NCBI RefSeq assembly: GCF_009914755.1
Contig: NC_060945.1
Length of the DNA stretch: 64,000 bases
Direction: 5' to 3' (one strand)
From: the human T2T-CHM13v2.0 reference genome, Homo sapiens
A program made the position numbers and the translations under genes. Under the pieces are notes generated by a model. It worked only from the letters and a program-made list of their open reading frames with translations. It made no database searches and was not told the DNA's origin. Positions 31,691-52,655 of this stretch are shown here, in pieces. The first letter of the stretch is position 1. The number at the start of each line of letters is the position of its first letter.

Positions 31691-33045
31691 GAAAATAAGA
31701 TTTTAAATGTCTTAGTTTGCTTATTTTAATCATCCTTTTAAATTTAAGTGAGTTACAGTAGACACAAGATTAATGTAGGTGTCCACCAATGTTAACTCCT
31801 AGGATAAAATTACTACAGTTATTTTCTGCTATAAAAAAGAAGATTTCAAAGTCATCTCTTATCCCAGTTTGCTGTGATCTAGTAATTTTTTTTTTCATTT
31901 TAATTGCGGAGGAGAAAGAAAAGGTTTTCCAAATAATGACTGCTATTTTTAAGATGTATTTTCCTATAACAAATATGGATCTAATGAAATAAATATACAA
32001 ATTATTTCATGTTTAACTGTTTCTATTCTTTTTATTTCTACCTTCAGAGAAGTATTTGTAGTTTACCTTATGAGAAGCTTTGCTTAATTTGCTTTTCTGT
32101 GGTCTATGGACACACTTACAAAAGTATATTCATGAAGAAGAGGGCTTTGTTTCCAGAAAGTAGGTAAAAATGATTATTTTTATTTGTATGCTCAGATTTT
32201 AAAAGGAGACTCAAAAATTCTGAAGGATATGCAGGCTCAAAATAATGTTAGTCTAGATAGTCAATGTCTCTTTCTACATGATTAAAATGTATATAACTAT
32301 TATTTAAGTGGTCTCCCTGGCTTCTGAAGATTCTTGGTCAGTCATATGCCATGCCTGATGATGGCAGCAGGTGGAAGGAGACCCCAGAGGCAAGCAGTAG
32401 ATTTCATTGGGCAGTGAGGGGATTGGACATCAAGGGTAGTCCTCAGTGCCTTCCTGCCCCTGCCAGTTTGAACTTCTGCTACTCTATGCAGAGCAAATGA
32501 AGATATTATCCTGAGAGCCAGGGCAGACAACTGTTAGATTGAGAAAGGAGACACCACACTGGAAGCCAGGCACAGTTGAGGCCAGGCTCCCCGCCTGACA
32601 GAGGAATGTGAACTGGAAAGAGCAGACACATCTCTTGATGACAAGTTGGCATCTGTGCATTTTAGCCCAGGTAAGGGCCGGAGTGCCTGCCTGGGACCAA
32701 GATAGCCTGGGCCTGACTGAACACAAACAAAGAAGACCTAGATCGTTCAGCACAGAGGTGCCCATTTAGCAGAGGTATGAGTGTCTCCGGGTACTCAGGG
32801 CTGTAAGGAAACACAGGATGCAAACCCAGTTAGGGTGGGGAGAGGGCTTCTCAACATATCGATGTTACTGAACAAACTATGTTATGTTCCTAAAATTTAT
32901 TCTGAAATATGCCGTATGTGATAAGAAATACATAATTTAAAAAGGAGTGATACAGTGAGCAACCATTGTATGCACTATCCAGTTTAAGAAGGACAGTATA
33001 CTATTACCAGAAATGTGGAAGCCCTCTGTGTGCCTCTCTCCCTGA

Positions 33046-33367
<322 letters not shown>

Positions 33368-33499
33368 TTATTTTTCATTTAAAAACCTTTGTCTTCTTTT
33401 ACCTCCCTGAATATGCACATAGTTTACTATGACACATGTGTTCCCATTGCAATTCCTTATTCCCAAACAAATATAATTTTCTTTTAGAGAGCCTCTTGT

Positions 33500-36740
<3,241 letters not shown>

Positions 36741-36761
36741 TTTAAAAACTTTATTAGTGGC

Positions 36762-37112
36762 TATCTTAGTCTGTTTTGTGCTGCTAAAACAGAATACCAC
36801 AGACTGGGTAGTTTATAAACAATAGAAGTTTATTTGGCTCATAGCTCTGGAGGTGGAAAGTCCAAGATCGAGGGGCAGCATTTGATGAGGGCTTTCTGGC
36901 TGCATCAAACATGGCTGAAGGTATCCCAGGAGCAAGAGAAAGGGAGAGCCCAAACTCACAGCCTCAAGCCTTTTTATAAATGTCATCAATCAGTTCATGA
37001 GGGTGGTCCCCTTATGGCCTCAACAGCTCCCCTTAGGCCCCACCTCCCAACACTGTTGCATTGGGGATTAAGTTTCCAACACAAGCTTTTTGGCGGAGAC
37101 ATTCAAATCACA
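36762..37112 (-). mobile_element. MaLR LTR (MST/MLT1A-like)
   Basis: tatcttagtctgttttgtgctgcta...cactgttgcattggggattaagtttccaaca...acattcaaatcacagca. Confidence 0.8.
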
Positions 37113-38225
37113 GCAGCGGATACTGTTTGAGGCCTGGGGTTTATTTCTGCTAGTTTCCTTAGAACTGTATCAAACCTAGACACATCTTAAACTCAGATTT
37201 CCTTTTAAGATTTTTTAGGATCACACATGGCATGGGAATTTGAACTGCAACCTCTCATGAATTCTACTTGTGGTTATAAATTCTCAGAGGAGAATATTTT
37301 CCCCTTCACCCAGAAGCAAAGTTGAATCAGGGAAGTTTCCTTCCATTCTGTTCTGCCTGGTGGGGTATTTTCTCATTCATATTTACTTTGAAGGCAGAAC
37401 CCTCTGAAGTTCTGGTGTGTGTGCTTTATGAAACTCCCCAGCTTGACGAGGCTCCGGGCTTTATCTACATCCCCCTTTTTCCTCTTCAGTGTCAAAGTGA
37501 TGGTAAAGGTGTCATGTGTGTGTCAGAAACTCTCAGCATGTTCGGTGGCTTTGGTGTGTGCTTATTCTCAGGATTCACGCTCTCACTGGCTGGACTCTTT
37601 TATGCCAGGTCAGCAGTGTATTTAAATTTTTTTTTTTCTTAATTGGGTTAAAAATTTTCTTTGAGACAACTTTTAGGGCCTCTAATCTGCCATAGTAGCA
37701 GAACTGGGAGTTGAAAACCTGTTTTATGTTCATTATTTTCTACATATATTTGGTAGCATCAAGTCAAAGATAATGATGAATTGTTCTTCAGCCTTCTGAA
37801 ATTCTGAAGAAGGTATTTGGTCTTAAATTGAAGCAAAAGACTAGTTCACTCAACTATAATAAAACCTTTCTTGCCTCGAAATCTAGAGTTGGCCAACTAA
37901 AGAAGTTTTCAGAACTTTATATATGGAATTTCTGGGAAATAGCATAGATTTACTTTATTACATTTCACCAACTTACTGCTACTACTATTAACGTGTTATC
38001 TCATGTAATCTTTTAACAATGATTAGTAAGTGTGTACTCTGGGAATCAATCAGAATTTCTGATACCAAAGTTCCTGCACTTACTCATGATGTTATATTCC
38101 TTTCAACCAAGATTTGAGGCAGCTTCCAACCATGTATTCAGTATAAAAGAATAAAATTAATCACTGAGAGACTTGAGGCAATGGATAGGAAAACAATAAA
38201 GCTTTGAATAAGAGTAACACACAGG

Positions 38226-38586
<361 letters not shown>

Positions 38587-38590
38587 TTAA

Positions 38591-38890
<300 letters not shown>

Positions 38891-39659
38891 GGTTTTAAGC
38901 TTTTTGAACATACACTAAGAGTAGGGTAGGCAAAGAACAACTAAGTTGGTTTGTGTGTTGCCCTGTAGGACAAACACCTGTGACTTTGTGAGCCTTTTTG
39001 CAACACTGTTGAAATTGCATCAAGGCCCTGATGATGAAGATTGGCAGTAATAAAGTAGTCTGGGGGAATATCGTTTATGTTTTAATTATAAAAATTGAAA
39101 CTCTTCTAAGCTATTGACAGCTGCATTACTGGGAAGGTGGTTTAGGGCTGGACCTGCCTGGTGAAGGACTGGCCCTGGTAGGATCTGGATGGGGTGGTAG
39201 CTTCATTGAGCATCAGATTTCAATCCACTACCAAGTTTCCAATCACTCCAGTTGTTCCTATTTTGCCAAAACAGTCGCCCTCTATGTCCCCCATGGTCTT
39301 GTGCCTGTTCGTATTGGGAGGGCCTGAGATGCATCTGGGCCCTTAGAGATACTTTAATCACAGTATGGACAGCCTGTATCATCTCAGTCTCAGCTGATCA
39401 GGGACCATATGCATAGGGCCAGATTATAAGTAAACCAGCTAGTGGTGTGAAACTTGGAAAAGCCATTTACTGTGTATATTTGGGTCTTGTCAGCAATTCC
39501 TGAGCATGGGTAGGGGTGTGTGTGTGTGTGTGTGCTCTTGCTGTGGTATACAAGCACAATGAAAGTGTATAAAAACAAATGTAAAGTTCATGGTTAGATT
39601 TCTTAACTCTGGAGGTTAGTCATCTTTGATAAAGCAAACTGGGATGACTTTTTGTGTGA

Positions 39660-39938
<279 letters not shown>

Positions 39939-40439
39939 TAAATTAACATGACTTTAGTACACTTCTTATTCTGATGCAGTCCTATGCATAGAGAGAATGC
40001 AGTTTTTACTAAAAAAAGTTCCAAAATTATGCTTTTCATATTTATGCTGTGTTTTCACCTTGTTACAATAAATTTTATAATACCTAAGTTAGGAAATATC
40101 ATTACTTTGAATAATCTTAAGTGCATTCATTAAATATGTAAACATTTGAGCTCCTAGGTTGTGTTTATACAATTATTTTGTTTTGAATTGACTTCTCATA
40201 TAGCTTTATATGAGTTAATTTCATAATGATATATACCCTTACATTATTTCTATTTAAATGAACCAAACTACATTTTGGTCTCATAAAAATGGGACAGGTA
40301 AGATCTCGATTCAACGACAAGGTAGGTTTTATCAGATTTTTTTCTTCCAGTGACGTCTCATCTTTGATTATGTATAATTAAATAGAGAGTTATGCTAATA
40401 AAGCAGGAACCATGAATTTGACTTGTGTGCATGTTTAAT

Positions 40440-41130
40440 TCATGTGACTTGCTAAGACTTGCTGATGGATTGAATGTGGATAGGGATGGATTCCATGATG
40501 ACTTCTAATCAGTGTGTGTAAAAATCCACTCTGAGAGAGGACCATATTGAGGGGGGAAGTTAAGTTTGAATGAGACAGCTGAGTGAAGAAGTGAGGTAGG
40601 CAATTGCATACTGATCTGTGTCTCTGCAAAGTCTGGTTGGAGACACACACGTGGAAGCTGCGAACGCATGTAGATGGAGCTGAAGTCATGAAAAGTGGAT
40701 GAAACAGAGTAATGAGAGAGTTGACAGGATGGAGACCAGAGTGGGGGTGGAGGTGGGACTTCAAGTTTAAAGTTGCCTGGAAGATGAGAAACCAGTTGAG
40801 GAGGCTAAGATGGAGAGTAGGGAAGGCAGGAGGAGACCAGGAGCGTGTGGCGTCATGGAAGCCCAGGAGGAGCTCGGCTCTTTACAGAAGAGGGTGATGT
40901 TAGTTGTGACAAATGCGGCTGAGAGATTGAGTCAGGTGAGGCCATAAAAGTGACCACTGGCTTTGATGACATGGAGGTCATTAGAGGCCATGACAGAAGT
41001 AGTTTCTGAGGAGAGGTGGAAGCAGATGTATGTGGTCTAGACAGAGTGGTCTAAGGAGGGCTGGTAGTGAGAACGAGGGACTATGCATAGACAATTATTT
41101 TGGGGGAATTTTCCCACAGAGTGAAAGAGA
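40440..41130 (-). mobile_element. L2 fragment
   Basis: Purine-rich degenerate L2 motifs (gtgtggcgtcatggaagccc, tgacatggaggtcatt). Confidence 0.65.
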
Positions 41131-41929
41131 AAAATGGCAGACATCATTGTTTTAAAAAATGCCCTACTCCTTCCCACCACTGGAAATTTGGGCAGAGTCC
41201 CTTGCGTCCCTGCTTGCTGCCGGTTCCCTAGCTTCCTCTCTCCTCCCTATGTTCTGGAAAGTTCCCCCATCTCTGTTCTTTACCCAAGCTCAATCTCTCG
41301 TCTTAACCCAAGTTCTCTGTCTTTCAGTAGACATCTCCCGTATTCCTACTACTTCTCAATCCCCTTCCTCCAGACCCCAGACCTGTGGGTGGTAGGAGGG
41401 GAGAGTCTAGTTTTTACAAAGGCCCACTAGGGGGTTATCTAAACAAAAGGGAATTTTCTATCCTTGGTCAATAATAATGTGGCAAAGCTTTGAAATGACT
41501 TTTTTTTAACCTTTTGTAGGTCAAATTTTTGACAGAGTTACTGTCTTCACCAAGAGTCCCAATAAACAGAAGGGGAGACGGTAGTAGAAAAATATATTTT
41601 CTGTCTGTTCATCACAAATTCCAGGAATCATGTCTTCCTTATTTCTTCCCTTTGCAATATCTTTTTATTTTTTATTCCTTTTTTTATAGCATTAGAATCT
41701 TTTATTTTTTCATGTGGCTATAGCCTTCATGATGATCATTTAAAACTTTTGTCTGATACTCTATTACACTGATGTATCATAATTGACTTCCTTATTCCTA
41801 TATGTTTAATTTTTACTTATTATTGTGTCATAAACATGTTTATGCTATTATGGTGTCATAATGTCATCTAAATATTTTGTATAATGTTCCATCAAGTTGA
41901 TGTGCCATGCATTTAAAAAAATTTTTGTT

Positions 41930-42062
41930 CATTTATTTATTTTTTAGAGACAGGATCTTGCTATGTTGCCCAGGCTAGTTTTGAACTTCTGGGCTCAAGT
42001 TGTCCTCCTGCCTCAGCTTTCCAAGTAGCCAGGACTACAGGTGTGAGCCACTGTGTCCAGCA
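41930..42062 (-). mobile_element. FLAM / Alu monomer
   Basis: Single antisense Alu arm. Confidence 0.8.
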
Positions 42063-42489
42063 TAATATTTTTTCACTATGCTTATATTTTTGAACCTGGG
42101 GTTGCTCATTATTTTTAATTACAAATAACTCTGCACTGATTTTCACCATGAAATAGTATTCTTTATTTTGGAGTATTTCCTTAGGATAAATTCCCGGTAG
42201 CTCTTTCAGTGAGACAAAAATGCACACAACTTTTTATGGCTTTGAACGTGCCTCCAGATTACTTTCTGGGAGGATTATAACATTCATCCTGCTGCACTGT
42301 GGTGGACCAGCTTCACTGTACCTTCCAGATATGAGCATTTTAATGACCTTGATCTTAGGACCATTAAATTGTATTTTAGAAATTTGTTTCTGGTTTTACT
42401 GTGCTATGAGGAGGGAATTTGGTTTTGATAAATGTCTGTCTTAAGTGTCTTTGTAACTGAATGTATATTTTTTCATTTTTGTGTGATAT

Positions 42490-42730
42490 TTTATTTTTTA
42501 AGTTGACAAATAAAGTGTATATTTACCATGTACAATGTGATGTTGTGAAATACGTATACATTGTGGATTGGCTAAACTGAGCTAATTAACATCTGCCTTT
42601 CATTGAATACTTTTTTTTTGTGGTGAGAACACTTAAAATCTACTCTCAGTGATGTTCAAAACACAGTGCATTGTTATTTGCTATAGTCACTATCTTGTAA
42701 AATCAATATCTTGAACTTATTTCTCCTAAC
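42490..42730 (-). mobile_element. L1MA-type 3' end
   Basis: ttgtggtgagaacacttaaaatctactctc...tcttgaacttatttctcctaac. Confidence 0.75.
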
Positions 42731-43823
42731 AGACTATTTTGCTATAAAAGATTGTTTTCTGAATATTAAAAAAATAACTTTTTTCAAATATTACATATAT
42801 GATATTGGAAAGGTCAAATAGTCCTACAAAGATTACTTTTTAAAAAAACAGTCCTGCTAAACATTTCATGCCAGAAAATGCCTTATATTTTCCTGCTTTA
42901 GTCTGCAGTGTGCTTAGGTGCAGAATTCCAGGCTGGACGTTGCTGCACCTCAGAACCGGGAAGGTGCCGCTCCATCATCTCTTCCCACTTCCAGAGCTGC
43001 TCTGAGATCACGTCTGATGCCAGTCTGTCTCCAGATCTTTTTATCTGCCTATTTTTGTCTTTCCCAATTCTGGGAGATTTTAGGGTCCAATTTTTTGGTT
43101 TTGAAGTTGTACGATGAGGTAGCTCGTAGAGGTCTTCGTTATTTGTGCTGGGCATTTGCTGGGACCCTTTAATTTGGAAGGTCATGTGCCTTGGCTCTGA
43201 AAAACAAAATGTTAGAGGACTTCTATGCGGATTCATTTCCAGTTCATTTTCACTTTCTTTTCTTTTTGGAATTCTTCTTATTTAAATGTTGGACCTCTTG
43301 GATGAATTCTCTAATTTTCTTATCTTTTCTCTCCCATTTTCCATATTTTTGTATTTTTCTGCTTTCTGGGATATTTTCTTAATTTTCTACCTTATCTTCC
43401 CTCTATTGGTAGTTTTTTTCCATTTCTCCTATCAATCATATCTGAACTTCTCAAAAGCTCTTTTTTGTTGTTATCTCTGCATGTTCCCTTATTAAATAGC
43501 TTCCTATTCTTATTATGTAGGTTCATTATTTTTCTTAATTCTGAGTTTATTAAATATAGTTTTCTTTTACATCTTCTTCAACTCATTGCATTCTCTGTTT
43601 TCTCTAATTCTGTTTCTTCTCTGTTTGCTTTGCTTTCCTTTTTATTTTTATGTAAGTTGTTTTCCTCAGATGTTTGGTGATCTTTGACTGTTTGTATTTA
43701 AAACAAAGTACTGAGCTGGCAGTGGTGGGTGCATGTCTGTATTCCCAGCAACTAGGAAGGCTGAGGTGAGAGGATTGCTTGTGCCTAGGGTTTCGAGGCC
43801 AGTCTTGGCAACATAACGAGGCT

Positions 43824-44143
43824 ATGTGGTGGTGGTGGTGGAGGTGGTAAGGGTGGTGGTGGTGGTGGTGGTGGTGGTGGTGGTGATGGTAGTGCTGGTG
43901 GTGATAGTGATGGTGGTAGTGGTAATGGTCATGGTGGTGATGGTGGTGGTGGAGTGGTAGAGGTGGTGATTGTGGTGGTGATGGTGGAGATGATGGTGGT
44001 GGTGATGGTGGTGGTGGTGACAGTGATGGTGGTGATGGTGGTAGTGGTGGTGAGGTGGGTGATGGTGGTGGTGATGGTAGTGGTGGTGATGTTGGTGTTG
44101 GTGGTGGTGATGGTAGTGGAGGTGGGGGTGATGGAAAGTGGGA
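43824..44143. repeat. (TGG)n/(TGA) degenerate trinucleotide repeat, preceded by an Alu monomer fragment (43714-43822, +)
   Basis: About 100 GGT/GAT triplets, directly visible. Confidence 0.95.
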
Positions 44144-44804
44144 GATAAATCTGGCTGCCAGTGTTCTAGAAGCAAGTAGGGAAGGGAATGGAGGGTCTCC
44201 CCTTTCAGAATGTGAACTTCTTATATAGACCCCTTGTTTTCAGTATGGTTGCCTACTTCAGCTGGCCTCATGCCCAGGAGGTCATATTTCCTCTAGTTCA
44301 GCTTCTACAGAGACAAAAACTGCTTATTTAGAAGGGGACAGTCACTTGCCGTCCAGGGATGAGGAGGGAAACTAAATCTACTTCTTCTTTCTCTCACATC
44401 GCTCTTTGTAAGCAATTAGGTTTCAGATTTTTTCTGGTTAAGTCAATTATTACTCAACGATTCCCTTTACTGCCTTTGAATTTCCGTAGACATTTTTTTT
44501 TTCCTGCAAAAAGACTTCTTGTCCATTTACCCTGTTCTTGTGAATTTATCCTTTTCTTTTTAACATCTTTGTTGTATTGTCAGTGGGGCTCTGGTAAGAA
44601 GCCAAAGCAAATATCTGTTTTCAGCTTCTCATGATTAACTAGAAACTGCCTGTAGTTTTCAATGGTCCCAGTCTTCCTGAAAAGGAACTATCATCCCCTG
44701 TTATTCCATTAATTTCTTTCCATATGTTGGTTAATTTAATTTAATCTATTTTTAGTTACATAATTTGAGATTAAGGATTTTAATATCTTTGCTCTTTTTA
44801 AAAA

Positions 44805-45300
44805 AATAGTTTTATTGGGATATAATTCACACACCACACAATTCACCCATTTAAAGTGTACAATTCAATGGCTTTTAGTATATGTAGAGTTGTGCAACCA
44901 CCACCACTGTCTACTTCCAAAATACTGTAATCATCCTTAAAAGAAACCCAGTACCCCTTAGCTGTCACCCCCTAATTCAGCCATTCTTCCTGCCTAGGGA
45001 ACCACTCAAATGCTTTCGTTCTCTGCAGGCTTGCCTCATCTGAGCATTTAATGCCAGTGGAACCATACACCATGGGGTCCTTTGTGACTGGCTTCTTTCA
45101 CTTGGCATCATGTTGTCAAGGCTTGTCTGTGTTGTAGCAGGTGTCAGCACTTCTTTCTTTGTTAGGGCAGACTACTATCCATGGCACGAATGGATGGACT
45201 GCATTTTACACATCCATTCCTCAGTGGCTGGGTATTTGGGTTGTTTCCACGTTTTGGCTATCATGAATACTGCTGCGATGACCATTTGTGTATCTTTTGT
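44805..45300 (-). mobile_element. L1MB-type 3' end
   Basis: tataattcacacaccacacaattcacccatttaaagtgtacaattcaatgg... Confidence 0.8.
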
Positions 45301-45809
45301 TTAATCGATTTCCAATACTTCTACAGTTGCTGCTTTGTATCAGAATCTCTTGGACAATTTTAAAAAATTCAGATGCCTGAGTTTTACTCTAGACTTACTG
45401 ACCCTAAATTACCAGGGGAGAGGCCCAGGGATCTACATTTGCAAAAAGTCCCTTAGTTGATTCTGATGCTCATTTCTGTTTAACAACCACTACACTGGAG
45501 ACTCATTTAACTAATATTCATGTATATGCTTCTCCAGAATGAATGTGGTATCTTATTTGCTTTAGTTAAGAAACTCAAATAGGCAGGGAAATTGTAAGGC
45601 CACTTTGTTCCTTTCCCCATTCCTGATTCTCTCCTGCATTCATCAATTTGGTATCTCTCTTTCCACAAGCAAGACATCTTTTTGTGCTGTATTTTCAATG
45701 CCTAATTGTTATATTGTATGAAATCTGCTTTTTAAAAAGACACCATGGACATTTTATTAATATTTTTAAACAACAATAGTAGTAGCAGTCGCAACAAGAA
45801 CAAACTCTT

Positions 45810-45950
45810 AGCCAGGCATTGTGGTTCGTGCCTGTAATCCTAGCACTTAGGAAGGTAGAGGCAGGAGGATAGTTTGAGCCCAGGCATTTGTGACCTGCCT
45901 GGGCAACATAGTGAGACCCTGTTCTCAAAAACAAACAAAAACAAACAAAC
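45810..45950 (+). mobile_element. FLAM / Alu monomer
   Basis: Single sense Alu arm with (CAAA)n tail. Confidence 0.8.
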
Positions 45951-47288
45951 TCCTAGAGGGCTAGCAACTTAACAGATATTGCGAAGCTCCAAATGAAATT
46001 CCAGCCATTAAAAAAAGTAACTCATATAATAGCATTAATAGATGTCAAAGAAAATATATGGATAAGTGAATAATGAGGCTGACAAGTTCAAGTAGATTGC
46101 TCCAGGTCACAAGGCTCATAATCTGTAGACCTAGAATTTGATTTCAACATTTTCTGATTATTAACCCAGTATCCTCTTCACTCCCTTGTGTTTAGGGCTA
46201 CATTTATAGAAAACCTATCTACGCTTAAGTCTATTAAAATTAAAAAACTCATTTGTCACATATATAGATAACTATCACCCCAATATTTTACTCTAAAATT
46301 AATAATTAAAAGAGAAGATCCAAACATTTTTTTTCTGCCTTTTAAACTAGAATCTATAATTCATACCTGGTTGTTGAGAGTAAACTTTTTGTTGTAGGTC
46401 AAATATCGAATAAATGATAGAATTAGAAAAATAACCCGTTTGCCAAAGCCAATGTAATAATTGATTACAGCATAGCTAATGAATAGATAATAAAACTGGG
46501 TAAAAGGCATTAGGTGAATTTGTTTCTTGGGGGAATCAGTTAAATTTCCTGTGCTAAAGTATTAGCCCCGCCAAACATTATTTGCTAAATTCAAAGGGGA
46601 AACCGATCTTTATAATAAAGAGATCTATTGGTCACAGCCTTAACAAAGTAGCCAAACCACTGTCACTACTAATGGGACTCACTGATATCAAATGCTGCCT
46701 GTTGCAAACGTGAAGTCCATAGTCTCACCAGTCAAGTGTTCTTGCTAAATCATTTCACCTGCATCCAATCCAGTCTCCAGCTCCAAGTTCTAGTCTATAA
46801 AAAACACAGAGGAAGAGGAGCAAGTTAAATAATATCACAAAGAAAGAATCAGACAAAACAAAAATTTGGAACATTCTTCAAGATAACTGACCCAGATTCT
46901 TAAAACATTCAGTGTCATGAAAGAAATAAATAAAAAGAGATGGAATTGTTCTAGACTAAAATAGACTGAGGAAATATGAGAATCAGATGCAATTAATATG
47001 TTTTAAGAGGTTCAAGTCTAAAGAAAGTAACTGTAAAATATTTATTGCAGGCAACTTGGGGAATTTGGAAAGGAATTGGATATTAGATGACATTAGGGAG
47101 TTCTTGTTAGTTTTCTTAGATGTGATAAAAATACTGGAGTTACGTAAGAGAATGCCCTTGTTTTTAGAAGATGATACTAGAATATTTAAGGGTGCAGTTT
47201 GATAAGACAGATGAAAATGTTAGCAAGTGTTCAATCTATGTAGTTCATCTTTAAAAGCTTTTCTTTGTCTTTAAAATTTTCATAATGA

Positions 47289-47595
<307 letters not shown>

Positions 47596-49649
47596 TGGAG
47601 CAATAAGGATTTGGAGCTAAGCATATGGCAATGTTGTATTGCCTTTGCTCTTATTAGTTAAAAGCCCTTAAAATGTCCTAGTCAAAACTTGAGGAGGATT
47701 GCTCTAAATGGAGAAGAACACAACTCAAATAAAACTTGTTTCAAGGCAGAAAGACACACAAATGGCAAATGGCCGTGTCCAAAGTTACTATGTCTAAAGC
47801 TGCTTTAAGTTTTACAGGGAAAAAAACAGACTTTAGAAAATTATGTGGAAAAGTTAGAGCAGATGAACTTATTTTCCAGTGTGCAGAGTGTCCAGGATCA
47901 ATCTCATATTTTCAGCAACAAAAATAAAATAAAATAAATGGTTGGAAGTTGATCAACATAGATATTGCCATTTTTCTTTCTCTGAGATAATGACTTGCCA
48001 TTCATGTCTAGGGACATCCCACTTCCTAGACCCCTTCTCTTGCATTTCTCCTGAGAAGTCTCAGAGTTCACCTCTCTTCTCATCGAGGCTTTTGTAGTCC
48101 TGGTATTTCTTTCCATCCATAATCTGTCTCATTCAGCATGAAATGAAGAGGAACTCCAGTGGAAAAGAACATATGATTCAGTTAGAAAACCTTACATACT
48201 TTTTACCTGCTGACCCTGAATTTGGGGGCAAGATTTTTAACGTTTTCCCAGCTATAAAATGAAGAGAGAAATATGACCACCTACCTCTTAGGGGTATTTG
48301 TTTTATAATTTATTCTTTCAAGAGAATTTATTTGCGTACATGCTGGGCCAGACACTGGGCTGGTTGATTGAAGGGACTTTATGGTCTAGAGGAATAGTTA
48401 GATGTGAGCATTCTGTAAGTAGATAAAATAACTGTCTATGTGAATATGGAGATGGTCCACCAATCTCAGGCCTTATATTAAGTCTCCGAAAAGAGTTGAT
48501 ACCTCACTTGGTATTGGAAGATTTAGTAGGAGCTCAGTAAGTGGAAAAAGATAGTCAAGACACTATGGGAAGATGGATTTATACACTAAGGCAATGAAAT
48601 TTATGAGAGTATGTTTCATTCAGTGAAGTCATACTTTGGATGGAATCAGAGGTTTCAGTAGAACCCAGGATATGGAAGTGGGTAAAGATAAGAGCTGAGG
48701 CAAGAAAAGTTAGTAGGGATGATATTGTAAAGGGCCTTCTGTGTCTGGACTTTTTTCTTGGCAATGAGAATGATGGGAAAAGGTCAGTGTGGAGTGATTT
48801 ACATTTCACAAAGCCTCTGACTCAGACAGCAACACAGAAGATTGTTAGAGATAAGATGCAGAATCTGGGACTATATCTTTCATATTTACATCCTCAGAGC
48901 CAAATACAGCTCATAACTCGTAGTAGGTGTTCACCTCTGAAATTCGAGGCAATAATTAACTGGGGTACCAAAGTCAATGAAACACTCCGGAGATATTCAG
49001 CACCATTCTTCAAATTGAATGTAAATGGGACAGGTTTGTTTATTGTAACTTGCTATTTTAAAAAAAATTATATTTTGAGATCTATTTATACTAATACGTA
49101 TAAATCTATTTCAGCCTCTGCTGTGTTTTATCTTATCTCATTTTTATTTTAATATCTAATCTCCGTTTTTAGATCCTACCCTGATTTGTGCTCAGGTACT
49201 GTCATATTATATAAAACTCTTGTTTTGTGGAAGAAAGGGATGGCCACAGGATTATGAAACCTGGCCTAGAGATACCTAAGAGGCCGTCCAGTCCAGATTC
49301 TTCTCTTCTGAGAGAAGCAACATGAAGCCCAAGGAGCTTAAGTGACTTGTACAAAGAACCCCGCTAATTAGCAGTACAGTTCGTGCTAGAGCCTTTGGTG
49401 CTGTCAGCATTGCTTAGGTTGATAGGTGTTTATACTGTGCGCAGGGACAGAGTACTTCCAGTATCCTTTGAAAAGACGACATCTGATTTATGGAAACATT
49501 ACTTATCACGGTGTCATGTTGTAGTAAACAAGATTGTGGAAAGGTGTCAGCAAGGAAAATTAATCTCACTCAAGCTAAAAATAGGTACTCTTGACAATTA
49601 TGTAGAAAATGCATGCTCATAAAACGTATCATCATATGCAGCATCATTG

Positions 49650-50900
<1,251 letters not shown>

Positions 50901-51339
50901 ATTTGTTGTTTTCTGTGACATGCAAAACGAAACTATAAAATCAACCCCCCAAATTTTAGACAAATTACTTATAAACATAATCATTAGGCCTATTTCAAAG
51001 AATACAGAAAACATTATATCTAATTTACAACAATAAGTGGGCATAGCAAAAATCTTGATGTAATTATTCAGAGACATAATATACTCTGACTATACCAAGC
51101 ATATGATAAGAATATCAAGAAACAAGATGTAGTAGGTCTGGAGTAGGTCCTAAACATCTATTTATTAATAAAACTGTATGAGTATATGATGGGAATTCCC
51201 AATCGAAAAACACTGTTGTAAAACATGCTAGATTCAGATTAAAGAAGGATCAAGTTAACATTTAAAACAACTGAAGTTATGGTTGATAACTTAAGCACCT
51301 GTTGTCTGATACCAGGCAAAACAACAATATAATCAATGT

Positions 51340-52193
<854 letters not shown>

Positions 52194-52655
52194 TAACATT
52201 CCAACAGCCAGACAAACATTGCTCAAAAGAGGTTTCAAATCCCTCTATTAGAGTCATAGTAACATCTTCTATTGGAAGATGGATTTTCTTGTAGAACACA
52301 TTTCAGTCTAATGAATAAGGCAGGGATAATATATCTGGATCATGTAACTTTTGGCCAAAAGTGACTTGTGATGAAAAGTTTTGAGATTCATTTTCCGGTA
52401 TCACTAGCGAGTGCCTATTGAAAGCATTTTTGAGTAATGGCAAAATATTTAAGTAAGTGTGGCATTTCCTGGTGACCTGAAGGAGGAAGGCCAAACTGGA
52501 CAGAGGACAGGCGACTTCACTTGAAGGAGTACAAAAGGAAGAAGCAGAAGGAGCTTTGGAGGAACATTTGTTGAGAAGCATAAAAGATATGAATTTGGAG
52601 CACAAAATTCATTCAAAAGATGTTCTGGAATTTTCTAATTTGAAACTACAAGATG

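Noticed and set aside
43822-44175. His/Thr-rich (-) and Val/Met-rich (+) ORFs
   Set aside because: Translations of the (TGG)n simple repeat; no splice or promoter context.
44746-44755. Perfect MEF2 motif CTATTTTTAG
   Set aside because: Isolated match in AT-rich sequence beside an L1; expected by chance.
48640-49152. 170-aa plus-strand ORF
   Set aside because: Non-ATG start, partly over degenerate L2-like sequence, no recognisable domain.
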